Part shown: positions 51,060-62,727 of the stretch, piece after piece | Position numbering within the stretch: the first letter of the stretch is position 1 | Layout of the letters: each line of letters opens with the position of its first letter | NCBI GenBank assembly: GCA_030264375.1 | Contig: JASCQW010000105.1 | Location: forward strand, 50,277,107-50,341,106 | DNA from: Carcharhinus longimanus | Taxonomy: Eukaryota | Length of the DNA: 64,000 bases | Reading direction: 5' to 3' | The notes under the pieces: generated by a model | Databases searched by the model: none | What the model saw: only the letters and a program-made list of their open reading frames with translations | Told to the model about the DNA's origin: nothing | Made by a program: the position numbers and the translations under genes

Positions 51060-52885
51060 AGTATCTTTGATAGCTTAATACTGATTTGAATCAAGTCCCT
51101 TGTTGATCATGTCTGAGTGAAAGAAAATGGCTTCAATCAAAATCATTGTCTCAAGAATGTGTCATGTGTGATGTGAAATATTAATCTTTAATTTCATTGA
51201 CTGTTCATTGACTGTATATTGAACTTCTTTAAAAGGGTGTTTTCCAAACAAAGATACTGACTTTAAAATGGCTGCTAATTTGCATTTATGAAAGCCATAT
51301 TCTCTTCATAGAAATTAAAGTATAAAAGCCCTCCTTCCACATTATCATGAGGGAAATGAACCATTCAGAGCCAATAGTTGAGACACTAATTTTCAGTCAT
51401 CTTTGGATATCGTAATGACTAATGGGAGACAAGGAATTAAATATTTGACCTGTTGGAGACCATTATTGATCATTATATAGCAATGCTGCTAACAATGCCA
51501 CCTGTTCTGCTTTGCATGCTTGTGTGTGGGTATGCTGCAGGATGGGTTTTTACCTTTTTAATAAGTCACATATTTTTACCTGAGTGAGTTTTTAACATTA
51601 AAACTAACTCCTTACTTGTTAACTGAAGATCAGAACAGGCTGGCTTATTTTGCTTTAGATATGGTCAATACCAAACTGTGTTACAGCCAACTTCAGAAGT
51701 GAGAAAGAGGAATTTATTTACCCCTCCAAGCATCATAACATCCACAAGGAAGCTGGACGTTTCTGAACTAGGTTGCAAATAAAAAAATCATATCGCTCAT
51801 TTTTATATTTAAAATCAAGTAAATTGATGAAGGAACTGCAAATATAAACTCAAGATCTTATTACATTTCTTTTTTTGCTACTAATTGTATCTTTACAAAT
51901 AGTACATTGGATGTTCCAAAAAACATTCCTCAAAGATTGGAACAAACGAAAGGATGTTCTGAATCTTTACAAGATGTGTCTTGGTCCTGTATAATTTCAG
52001 TTTTGAATGCTTTTTGAATTCTGTGCATCTACTTGTAGCTGCACATACTAGAAATGTCATTGGATCTATAACTAGGGTGGTGGGAAAAGATCCCTTGTGT
52101 AACTGTGATGCTCATTATGTGCCAAATGTCATTCGAGAGAATCATTTTTAAAACCCTTTGCTCCTTCCTCCTTGGAACAATTTTCCTGCTCTAGGTAACA
52201 GTTATGTACATGTGTTGCGGTAGGATGCAAGTTGCAATCTTGCTGCGAGGTCATGTACTTTGCCTATTGCAAAAAAAAGTTAAAGAATCTGCAAAATGTA
52301 GACTCATTAAAGAACCTCGACATTTCACATGATTCAGCAGGAGCATGAGCTCAGTGTATGGTTTTGGCCTGAAAATTACACACTAGTTCTGACATCAATA
52401 GCATAGCACAAGTTAGGAGAAATGATACACAATGTTTTGTCATTAGGTGAACTGCTTGTGCCTATGACAACTTTGATTTAATGTGCAGCATGGGACATTA
52501 CATACTCTTATCAAGATTTGGCTGATGATATCAGCTTGCTTGGAAACACAGTGAAGTTTCCCGTTTACAGATCAGAATACCTGAGCTCTTGCCTACCAGC
52601 AACAATATGTCTTAACTGATATATCATTGTCATTTTATACTATAGTTTATCCTAGTTGTATGCCATTTATGGAGCAGATAACTCTTGATTTATATTGGAG
52701 TATGTTATCACTTCAGTATAAAGAACAGCAACACCACATCTCACTTCATGTATAGTATAGTGTTGCTGATTGAGTACTTTGAGTGAGACTTTTGTGGAAT
52801 GTGTACTATTCTGTTTATGAATGTGATGAATAGAAAGTTCTGCATTTATATATTTATATTCACATGAGCCTGTGAAATATGCAGT

Positions 52886-53439
52886 TAAGAACATAAGAAA
52901 TAGAAGCAGGAGTAGGCCATCTAGCCCTTTGAGCCTGCCCCGCCATTCAATAAGATCATGGCNNNNNNNNNNNNNNNNNNNNNNNNNNNNNNNNNNNNNN
53001 NNNNNNNNNNNNNNNNNNNNNNNNNNNNNNNNNNNNNNNNNNNNNNNNNNNNNNNNNNNNNNCCAGATCCCTCTGCAGACTTTCCACACCCTCCGCACAA
53101 TTTGCTTTTCCACTCATCTTCATGTCATCAGCAAATTTCGTCACCCTACATTCAGCCCCCTCCTCCAGATCATCTATATAAATGGTAAATAGCTGAGGCC
53201 CCAGCACCGATCCCTGTGGCACTCCACCAGTCACCAACCGCCAATCAGAATAGCACCCATTGATACCAACTCTCTGCTTCCTATTAGACAACAATCCTCT
53301 ATCCACGCTAACACCTTACCCCCCCAAGTCCGTGCACCCTAACCTCTGTAGCAACCTTTTATGAGGCACCTTATCAAAGTGCCTTTTGAAAATCTAAAAA
53401 CACCACATCCACCGGTTCCCCTCTGTCTACCGCACTAGT
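52886..53439 (-). mobile_element. Young CR1 (family A), 5'-truncated, middle lost in a gap
   Basis: RT frame 'RKQRVGING...GVPQGSVLGPQLFTIYIDDL...KFADD'; candidate TSD CAGTT at 52882-52886 and 53440-53444. Confidence 0.95.
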
Positions 53440-54032
53440 CAGTTCAAATGGATTCATCAGATTGTCTTAAACAATCTGTCCTTGTTATCATTTGCAGTGC
53501 ACAATCTCGTATTTAAAGAATGCTTGTGAGTTGCATTAAATACTTCAGAAGCAAGATTTAGATATGTGTAACAAACAGTTTATCTAGTCATGATTTGCCG
53601 GTTATGGAAGGAAAAAAAGATTGAATTTCAAAGTACAGAAAATGAATTTATGCTAATTTGTTTAGTTTATCATCTTAATTTGTAAAATTATATTCCTAGG
53701 ACGAAGCAATCTGAACTAGACTGTGATAAAAACAGACTCTTTAACAAAGATGATGTACAAGGATAATATTACTCATGTATTTTATGTAGGCAAATTGTAA
53801 CCATGTTCTTTGCAGTACATTTATAATTTCACTACCCACAATGCACAAGTAAGTCTTTCCTTGTGATAATTTCTTCAAAAAGGTAAATGTATTTTAACAC
53901 CACATATCCCCATATTCATTTGAACTGCTGCAGATTACAATAGGATTAGCTTATTAATGGAAGCAAATAGCTTTCAACATGTTGGTCTTTCTGGAATGTT
54001 GCATACAGCTTACCTCGATGTTAAAACACATT

Positions 54033-54620
54033 GGGCTGAGTTTTCCCATTGGTGTGGTCCTGATCCTGCACGTGGCCTCAACGAGCCCACAGGAACAAAT
54101 TGAAACCTCGGTGGTAGAGTTGCACACTGCCGGCTAAGAGACTAGGGGCAACCTAAAAGCAAAGCACTTGTGATTTCAAAGATGATAATAACTGGAAGGG
54201 CCTTGGGATGGAGAACTGATACCTCCAGAGGAATGCCTGCAACTGTTTTTGAATCCCTGTGTGCATTGCGGCTCCCAAGCTGCTAATTAATACAGCAATT
54301 TGTGTCTCGCTGACCTCGGGACTTCCAGCATTGCTGGAAACCCAACATAGTAGTGGTGGTGGTGGTGAGGAGAGATGGGGGTGATTGCAAGTGAGGAAAC
54401 CTGCGGCACTTAAAGGATATTGGCCCTTGATTAGAGCCATAATTGGCTGTGAAGCAGGCTGCTGTCTGGAAAAGTCACCCAGAGATGAGACAGCATTGCG
54501 GAGCTGTCCCGGTAGGCTCTCCAGATATTCCCGTAGCTGCCCTTTCACCTCCAAACCCCTCTCTAAAAGGCTAAGAAAATGCAGCACATTCTGTCTAGAT
54601 CAAAGGCTAAAATGAAGACC
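54033..54620. mobile_element. Long degenerate MITE-like element
   Basis: Starts gggctgagttttccc (family terminus); GC-richer body; right end uncertain. Confidence 0.5.
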
Positions 54621-55479
54621 TGCTGTTTTCTATTGTTAGGATTATCAGTGCTGTTTCCCAAGGATTAAGACAGAGGCAGTTTGCTTTACTTCCCTCCTGT
54701 TTCAGCTAGGTATTTTGTATGAAACAGAGATCAGATTTCACCTGAAATGTTTTCCAGTTTTCTTTTAGTGATCATTAGCAGCATTCAAGTGTTTGCATTT
54801 TATCTTCTGCACAGTGTTCTCTTGCTTTGAATAGTTAAACTCTTGTCTTGACAAAATTAGGATTTATTGCTGTCCTATAAACCTTTTAAAAATTCACTTT
54901 GATGTTGTAAAACAAATATGATGAGTGATTGCTTCCCTTTTCAAAACTTTTAATGTATCATGTAGCCTTTTTACTAATCAGAATCTAATTTAAGTTCACC
55001 ATTTTGCAGCATGTAAGAAATTCTTGGGCTATGATTCATTGTCAAAGTGGCAATGATGCTAGCACCACTCATGTAAATATTACGTTAGTATCAGGTGAGG
55101 ACAGGTTAAATAGAGAGAGTTCACAAAATTGTTCTCCAATCTGTGCCACTGTGTCTTTAGCTTTGCAAAAGTGATATCTGTATCATCACTGAAATTCAAT
55201 GTTTGCTGTGAAATTGCGTGGTAGATGCATACTTCCAGAGGTTCCCATTTCAGTCGAGGTACCCTGCTAACAATGTGATATGTAATCATTACTGCCAGTC
55301 AACCTCTGAAAATTAATGATTACAAGTGTGGGCCCTCAGGTAATTTTAATTGTTTGAGATTTTACAAATATCAATTTATATTTTTTCCTTTTCCTTTTGT
55401 GTCTCTCAATCTAAACCAGCTATCTGTCCCTCTTTATTGTAATTGTACCTGTGCCTGGGCAACAATTTATAGTCTATTG

Positions 55480-55657
55480 TTAGAACTTTCCAGCCATACA
55501 GGTCAATAGGATCTTCAAGTCACCCTGAAGGTGAACTCATGCCTCGGGTTTAACAGTGGCGAGGGCTATGTTCAATGGGAAACTCCATTGACAATGGCAA
55601 GACCAGAAGGTCCCGCCACAGCAAAACACATGACAGGTTGCATAGAAAACCCCACCT
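55480..55657. mobile_element. MITE related to 36405-36642 (opposite orientation)
   Basis: ggcaagaccagaaggtcccgcc and gaaaaccccacc terminus mirror the 36405 element. Confidence 0.55.
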
Positions 55658-55689
55658 TATAGTAATAACTTGGCTGAAGGAATAGTGTG

Positions 55690-56600
55690 CATTATAGCTA
55701 AATTGACTGACTGTATGAAAATAGGTAGGTAAGCAGGTTGTGAGGTGGACACAAAGAATCTGCAATGGGATATAGATAGCTGGTGTGAGTGGGCAGAAAT
55801 TTAGGCAGGCGAAAAATTATGTTGGAAAATGTGACGTTGTTGGCTTTGGTGGGAAGAATATGAAAGATTATTTAAATCGAGAGACACTGGCACAGCGGGA
55901 TCTAGGTTCCCTTTGTACATGAATCACAAAAGGTCAGCATGCAGGTACAGAAAGTCATTAGGAAGGAAAATGGAACGTTGGCCTTTATTCTAGGGCGAGT
56001 GGAGTATTGAAGTAGGAAAGTCTCGCTGGAACTGTACTGACAATTGATGAGACCACACCTAGAGTATCTTGTATGATTTTGATTTCCTTTTTTACGGTGG
56101 GAAATCCTTGCATTGGTAGCAGTTCACAGAATGATCACTAGGCTAATTTCTGGGAAGAATGAAATGCCTTCTCAGGAAAGGTTGGACCTGCATTCATTGG
56201 AGTTGAGAAGAATGAGAAGTGATCTTTTTGAAATATATGCTTCCTCTCATGGAAAAATTTAGAACTAGGGCACACAGTTGCAAAATGAAGGACTATCATT
56301 GGAGACCTGATTAAGAATTTTTCCTTTGAGGGTCGCTAGTCTTCTGACTTCTCTTTTTTACTCACTTATGGGATGTGACCATAGCAGGCTCAGCATTTAT
56401 TGTTCATCCCTGTCTTTCACAGAGAGCAGTAGAGACTGTGTCATTGAATATGGTCAAGGCTGAGTTTGATAGATTATTGATTTACAAGGGGGGCAGGTAG
56501 GGAAGTGGAGTTAAGGTCACAGTCAAGTTAACCATGATCTTACTGAATGACCGAGCAGACATGAGCCAAATAGTCCATTCCTGCTCCTCTTTCTTACTTT
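55690..56600 (+). mobile_element. CR1 3' fragment
   Basis: ctgcaatgggatatagatag ('LQ.DID'), gagaccacacctagagta ('RPHLE'), 3' UTR ending ttcctgctcctctttcttac. Confidence 0.9.
56357..56412 (-). mobile_element. 56 bp tail-only insertion of the 48420 LINE family with TCTTT TSD
   Basis: ttatgggatgtgaccatagcaggctcagcatttattgttcatccct is the reverse complement of the family tail; TCTTT at 56352-56356 and 56413-56417. Confidence 0.8.
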
Positions 56601-56637
56601 TCTCTGAAATTGAATTCACTCACATTAATTTACAGTT

Positions 56638-56945
56638 CAGCACGGTGGCATAGTAGTTAGTACTGCTGCCTCATAGTGTCAGGAACCCAGGTTCAATTCC
56701 CGACTTGGGTCACTATCTGTGCACAGTATGCATGTTCTCCCCGTGTCTGTGTGGGTTTCCTCTGGGTGTCCCAGTTTCCTCCCACAGTCCGAAAGATGTG
56801 CTGGTTTAGATGCATTGGCCTTGCTGAGTCTCCCTCCGTGTAACTGGACAGGCACCAGAGTGTGGCGACTAAAGGATTTTCACAGTAACTTCCTTGCAGT
56901 GTTACTGTAAGCTGACTTGTGACACTAATAATTAAATTTTAAACT
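56638..56945 (+). mobile_element. V-SINE with alternative tail (type B)
   Basis: Full head cagcacggtggcatagtagttagtactgctgcctc; tail ggattttcacagtaac...cttgtgacactaataattaaa. Confidence 0.95.
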
Positions 56946-57228
56946 CTCAATCCTTCAATCTGATTGGTTGAGGAAGTACACAGCTGCTTGCCCTCTTCCC
57001 TCAGTTGTCAGCAGTATTGGTTCTCTCATTACAACATTATCACCCTGCACTTTCAATAACTTGTAAAACTTCAAAAATGTTGAGAAACCTAAATTGTGGC
57101 AGACACTATTAAATGCCCGGCCACAATGAGAATATATTTCATAGAATGTGTGTTAAATGTATTCAACTGAAATTAACAGTATCAGAACAACAAGCAGCAA
57201 CCTCAAGAAGGAAAGTATGTCTTCCTAC

Positions 57229-57780
57229 AAAGAAAGACTCGCATTTATATTATACATTTACACTGAGGATGGCCCAAAGAGTATTACAACCTTTGGAGAA
57301 CTCTTGAAGTGCGCTCACTATTTTAATGGCAGCCAATTAGTGTGCAGCCAACTATCACACACAGCAGCAATGTAATAATGACCAGATGAACTGCGTTATT
57401 GGTGTTGGTTGAGGATTAATATTGTCCAGGCACCTGCTCTTCTTCGAATGATGGCATAGGATATTTTATGCCACCTGAGAGGGCAGATAGGGCCCTGCGT
57501 AATGTCTCATCTGAAAGATGGCAGCAGTGACAGTGCAACCNNNNNNNNNNNNNNNNNNNNNNNNNNNNNNNNNNNNNNNNNNNNNNNNNNNNNNNNNNNN
57601 NNNNNNNNNNNNNNNNNNNNNNNNNNNNNNNNNNNNNNNNGATGCACAGTGGCAGCAGTGACAGTGCAACCCACCTTCTGCACTGGAGTGTTGCCCAACA
57701 TAATATAGTCAAGTCTGGAAAGTGTGATTCGAATGTGTCTCACTTGGGTGAGAGTGCTACAACCAAGTTACAGTTGACAC
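57229..57780 (-). mobile_element. Deu-domain SINE (SacSINE1-like), near full length
   Basis: aaagaaagactcgcatttata L2-type tail; ccacctgagagggcagatagggcc...gtctcatctgaaagatggca Deu core; gagagtgctac head. Confidence 0.9.
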
Positions 57781-58452
57781 TCCTAATTATTTTGGGGATT
57801 TCTAATTGGAATGACTTTTAAGAACTTGTCTTAAAGAAGCAAAAGTGCTTTTGAAAAAAAAATGTTGTCCCAGCATATTAATGCTGCAAAATAAGGACAT
57901 CAAAATAATTAGGAATAAAATGTATCAGCCATAAAAAGTGGCAATGTAAAGTGAATGCAACAAACATATTGCCTCTCTTAATACTCACATAATTAAGAGA
58001 CAAGTTAAAATGTGTTGAAAGAGGTTGCTACCGAGATAGCGATGCATTGGTGATCTTCCAAAATTCTATAGAGTCTGGAATGGTTTCTGAAGATTGGAAG
58101 GTAGCAAATGTCGTCCCACTATTTAAGAATAGAGGAGGGAGAGAGAAAACGGGGATCTACAGACCTGTTAGCCTTATATCAGTGGGAGGAAATAGTTGCG
58201 AACCATTATAAAGGAAGTGATAATGGAGACTTGGACATTCATGAGCTGATTGGGCATCATCTGCAGGAGTTTTTATGAAGATGTTTGTCACAAAATTGAT
58301 AAGGAGGGGACATGGTAAATTTGGACTTTCTGAAGGTTTTTGAATAAATCCCTCACAAGTGGTTAATTGGCAAAATAAAAGCAAAGGAGATAGGAGGCAA
58401 GATTCTGTCATGAATTGAAAAATGGGTAACAAGCAGAAAAGAGAGAGTAGGA

Positions 58453-58525
58453 ATAAGAACATAAGAACATAAGAAATAGGAGCAGGAGTAGGCCAACTAG
58501 CCCTTCGAGCCTGCCCCGCCATTCA
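58453..58525 (-). mobile_element. Young CR1 3' end (family A)
   Basis: (taagaaca)n tail plus aggagcaggagtaggcc...gcctgccccgccattca. Confidence 0.92.
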
Positions 58526-58736
58526 NNNNNNNNNNNNNNNNNNNNNNNNNNNNNNNNNNNNNNNNNNNNNNNNNNNNNNNNNNNNNNNNNNNNNNNNNNN
58601 NNNNNNNNNNNNNNNNNNNNNNNNNNNNNNNNNNNNNNNNNNNNNNNNNNNNNNNNNNNNNNNNNNNNNNNNNNNNNNNNNNNNNNNNNNNNNNNNNNNN
58701 NNNNNNNNNNNNNNNNNNNNNNNNNNNNNNNNNNNN

Positions 58737-58810
58737 TTTTAACTGGTCGGCGCAACATCGTGGGCCGAAGGGCCTGTTCTGCGCTGTAATGTTCTATGTT
58801 CTATGTTCTA
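58737..58810 (+). mobile_element. Young CR1 3' end (family B)
   Basis: ggcgcaacatcgtgggccgaagggcctgttctgcgctgtaatg(ttctatg)n, homologous to the reverse complement of 45726-45790. Confidence 0.9.
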
Positions 58811-59585
58811 AAAGCTAACACACAAGTGCAGCAAGCTATTAGGAAGGCTAATGAAATGTTAGCTTTTATCACAAGAGGATTTGAGTAGAGGAGTAGTGAG
58901 GTCTTGCTTCAATTGTGCTGGAGCTTGGTTAGGCCACACCTGGAGTACTGGGTACTCCAATTTTGGTCCCCTTCCCTCCTAAAGGATATTATTGCCTTAA
59001 AGGGAGGTTAATGAAGGTTCACCAGATTTGTTCCAGGGATGGCAGAACTGTCTTATGAAGAGAGATTTGAGAAACTGTGCTTGTGTTCTCTGGAGTTTCG
59101 AAGAATTAGAGGCGATCTCACTGAAACCTACAAAATACTTAAAGGAATAGACAAGGTAGATGCAGGTAAGATGCATCCCTTAGTTGGGGAGTCTAAAACC
59201 AAACAATTTTAAAATAAAGGGGATGCCATTCAGAATAAATTTCTTTACATAGAGGGTTGTAAATCTTTGGAATTCTGATCCCCAGAGGGCTGTGGAAGCT
59301 CAGTCATTGAGTATGTTTAAAGCAAAGATTGGTAGATTTTTGATTAACAACAACGTAAAGGACTATGGCGACAGTTGTGTGTGAAAACATGCAAATGAGT
59401 GATCAGCCACCATTGTATTAATTAGCAAAGCGTTTGTAATTGGCGTCATTCTGTTCTTATGTTCCTAAAGAGCAAATTAATGATAGTATACCATTTTCAA
59501 ATCCATATTCTTCTATCAGGCAGGAGACTTCTGAAAATGATTTGCACCAAAATAAGGTCAATTGGGGAGATAATAATTTTGAAGG

Positions 59586-59830
59586 TGGTGCATTGTGGCT
59601 TCAAGTTATGAAGGGCTTATTATCGACAATATTTATATATGTACAAGTGATAGTTGCAGAATACACATCTACTCTCTTCTATTCCCTGGTTCTAATTGCG
59701 ATTCCTTCCCAACCTAGCATGCAAACCCTTGCACCTGATTGGTTTGGCTTCCCGTACTGCCTCTCCATAGGGCTGACCCAATCACATGGCCCACAGGGAT
59801 CATCCACTTAATAAGGGCAATGCTACCACA
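59586..59830 (-). mobile_element. Short solo LTR (Gypsy-like)
   Basis: Minus strand begins TGTGGTAGCATTGCCCTTATTAAG; ccaat boxes; sits between pieces of a LINE-like tail. Confidence 0.55.
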
Positions 59831-60019
59831 AAAGATGGTTGGCACTCACATTCCATGAAAGAATAAATCAAATGCCGGAAAGCTATAGGACTATACTACA
59901 GGGCAAAATATGCCTTCAAGTAAGAAAATTGAATATGAAACCTCACAAAACAAGTGGTCAGCATTTGGAATGGACTGGATGATGGGATGGCTATTTCATT
60001 CAATATATATTGAATATAT

Positions 60020-60121
60020 ATTCAATAGTAGTCTTTGAATGGAAATTGGATAAATACTTAAAGGAGAAAAATTGCAGGGATATGGGCAAAGAATGGGGAG
60101 TGAGATAACTGGATTGGTTTT
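60020..60121 (+). mobile_element. CR1 3' fragment
   Basis: ggaaattggataaatacttaaaggagaaaaattgcagggatatggg encodes the CR1 terminal 'LDKYLK...QGYG' motif. Confidence 0.7.
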
Positions 60122-60889
60122 NNNNNNNNNNCTCCTATCTTGTACGACTTTCTGAATGCAGGAAACCATATCCCACTAAACTGCTATGTAAAAGGTGACA
60201 AAACTGATACCCAATTACCTACACAACACTGTCACAATGGAATGCAACTGGTACAAATCCAGATTTTAAATGAGTTTCTTTCAGCTGTACATGTTAGAAA
60301 TCCTCTGACTCAAAGCATTAGGAACTCTTCATCATTAATATGTTCCAGCTTAGAAAAGTCAGTGATTTCTTCGTTGCTGGGTTTATAGTTGTCACTGTTC
60401 TCAACATCATTATCTTTAAACACAATCTGTCATTCAAAGTTTATATTTTTCAGTATTTATAAACATATTGTGGTTGATCTCTCGTATGTATGTAGTTAAA
60501 ACTCATGATCCGAACTGGAAACCTTGCTCAAGTTTCCATTCAAACTCATTCACATATCAACTTCCATGTATCAACACAATCAGACTGTGTTGTAGAATTG
60601 CTTTTGTACTTTTTGCATTAAAATGTTCCTTAATACATATGAATGGTAACTCTGCAGTTTTATTAAAATAAATGTGAATGGATTTATCAATCAATGAGCA
60701 TTTAAAATCAGTCTCCCAACTGTGCATAACCTGATTTTAAATGACTTAACTGTAGAAAATTCTTCAAGCCCAGTTACAAGTTTCATTGGTGTACAGTGGA
60801 AAAAGTCATTTTGGTTGGATTGTCTTACTAATAGAAGAGAGTACTTCTCTTATCATAGTTACTAGAACACTTTGCACTTATTTGTATGT

Positions 60890-61195
60890 TTCACATTAAA
60901 ATACAGTCAAGGCAGTTCAGGGAATCTTAAAAGAAAAGGAGATACTGAGTCAAAGAAGGAGAGATTAGCTGGGGTGACCAGAACTTTGGTTTAAGAAAAA
61001 GGTTCTGATGCAGAAGGGGAATTAGAAAAGTCGAGGGCCACTTGGGTAGGAAATTTTAGAGAATGAGTTGAAAGTCGAGCTTCCAATGTAAAAAGAGTGG
61101 AAGGAGGAGTTACACAAAAGGCTGATTTTAAGAAAAGGAGACAAAGTGGGTGGATAAATGGTTGGGCAGGAGGAAGTGATGGAGACATTAGAAGA
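60890..61195 (-). mobile_element. Old L2 3' fragment
   Basis: gatactgagtcaaagaaggagagattagctggggtgaccagaactttggtt, as in the other L2 ends. Confidence 0.65.
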
Positions 61196-61807
61196 TCTTC
61201 AGGTTAAATGTCATCAGTAAACGTTAGAAAGCTTCATTTGTTAAAAAAAACTTGATGGATTTACTGACTGGAAACCATTGTTTGGATTTTAAAAGGATGA
61301 AGCCACATTCCAGCAACTTGAAACTATGGCTTCTAAGGTGGCTGAAAATTTGCATCAATGTACAATAAATTCCAAAGGCATTAAGTGGAGTCAACCTGCC
61401 TAGAAAACCCCACTAGAGATATTTACCTTGAAGGATTGATTAAATACAATTCTCTTTTCTCTCAAAAAAGCTCTAAGAAAACCAGTTTGTGTATTTTATA
61501 TTCATGGCATGTAAACAGTTAAACTCTCATGAATTGGCAAGCATTCCTCTTTTCCAATCGGTTACAGTCAAAGAAAGAGCAGGAAAAAGGGGAGTCATTC
61601 ATCTTCCCCTCTCCTGATCATAATAACTGTTGAGACTCAAAGCCAAGTGTTTGAGACAAGTATTATTATTAAAACTTAAATGCCACTTAATGCTCCATGG
61701 TTTATTGAATTGTCCACATTATTTATGAAAATTTACAAGCAAGAGCAGTATATTTGTTGGTGTATTTTGATGCAGCTCAATTATAACTAAGGTTTGCATT
61801 TATATTT

Positions 61808-62727
61808 TGTTACGACTGGGATGGGAGAAGTGTGCAGTTGATCGAGGCTCACTACTCCACGGGTCACATCATTAGTTTAAATTTCAATTCACTCACCAAA
61901 ATGGCCAGTTATTTACCTTTGCTGCTATTCGACCCAATAAACTCAGAATGATTGATTTATTATAAGACTTTAAAAGAAAAGTAATTGTAAGAACTGATGC
62001 ACACACTGAAGTATAACTATCTACCCCTTTTTAAAAATACCCCAGCATAAATACACAGACAGAAACAGACAGACAGACATGCATGTGCGCACAAGCAAAG
62101 GACAAACACATCAGTTTCTGCAGAGATGGGATTTATAGGATATGCTTTATAACACAAAGGATAAATTTTGCCGGGTTTCAATGATATCAATCTGGAGTGT
62201 ACCCGGTTGGTGTCTGGAGGTTCTCACCAGTGGAGATTTGCTGTGGAAGAGCAAATAGGGCTGGATCAATTCCCCCCATCTCCGCTTTTCTGGTTTCCAA
62301 ATTATCCTCGATTGAGGGTTCTCCAACAGCAAGTTGACAACCACACACTGAACATCAGGCAGGAAATGGAGAGCGCGAGTTAGGGCAGCCTTCCTTCTCA
62401 ACTTATTGTCCAAAATACATTGATTTCAAAAACAATAGGTCCAAAAATTATGTTTCTGTCACATGATTTCCAGTAATCACTAGCCTTTGCCTTTAACAGA
62501 TTTTTTTGCCTCCAATTAAAGTAATTGCAGTGCAAACCAGCACACCAGCTCATTCCGCTTTGAGTATCATGCTGATCAGGTGATTTCTTGAATAAAGACA
62601 GGCATCCTCCCATCCAAAGGTGAAATTGTGACCTTTCTTTCAAAAAAAAGCAAGTGTTCAATAATGCAAAATCCCATATTTTAAAACAAAAATACAGTTT
62701 TGAAATATATGATTTTAACAACATAAC
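61808..62727 (-). mobile_element. Solo LTR
   Basis: Plus strand begins TGTTACGACTGGG and ends ...CATAAC; internal (acag)n run; flanks tattt/tatgt (imperfect TSD). Confidence 0.6.

Larger units (their letters stand above)
58012..59467 (+). mobile_element. CR1 fragment interrupted by two young CR1 insertions
   Basis: 'EDWKVANVVPLFK', 'YRPVSL', then after the insertion aggccacacctggagtactg ('RPHLEY') and a tail ending ttcttatgttccta. Confidence 0.9.

Noticed and set aside
52956-53306. Functional reverse transcriptase gene
   Set aside because: It is a 5'-truncated CR1 copy that starts mid-RT, with no endonuclease or ORF1 and a frameshifted 5' part.
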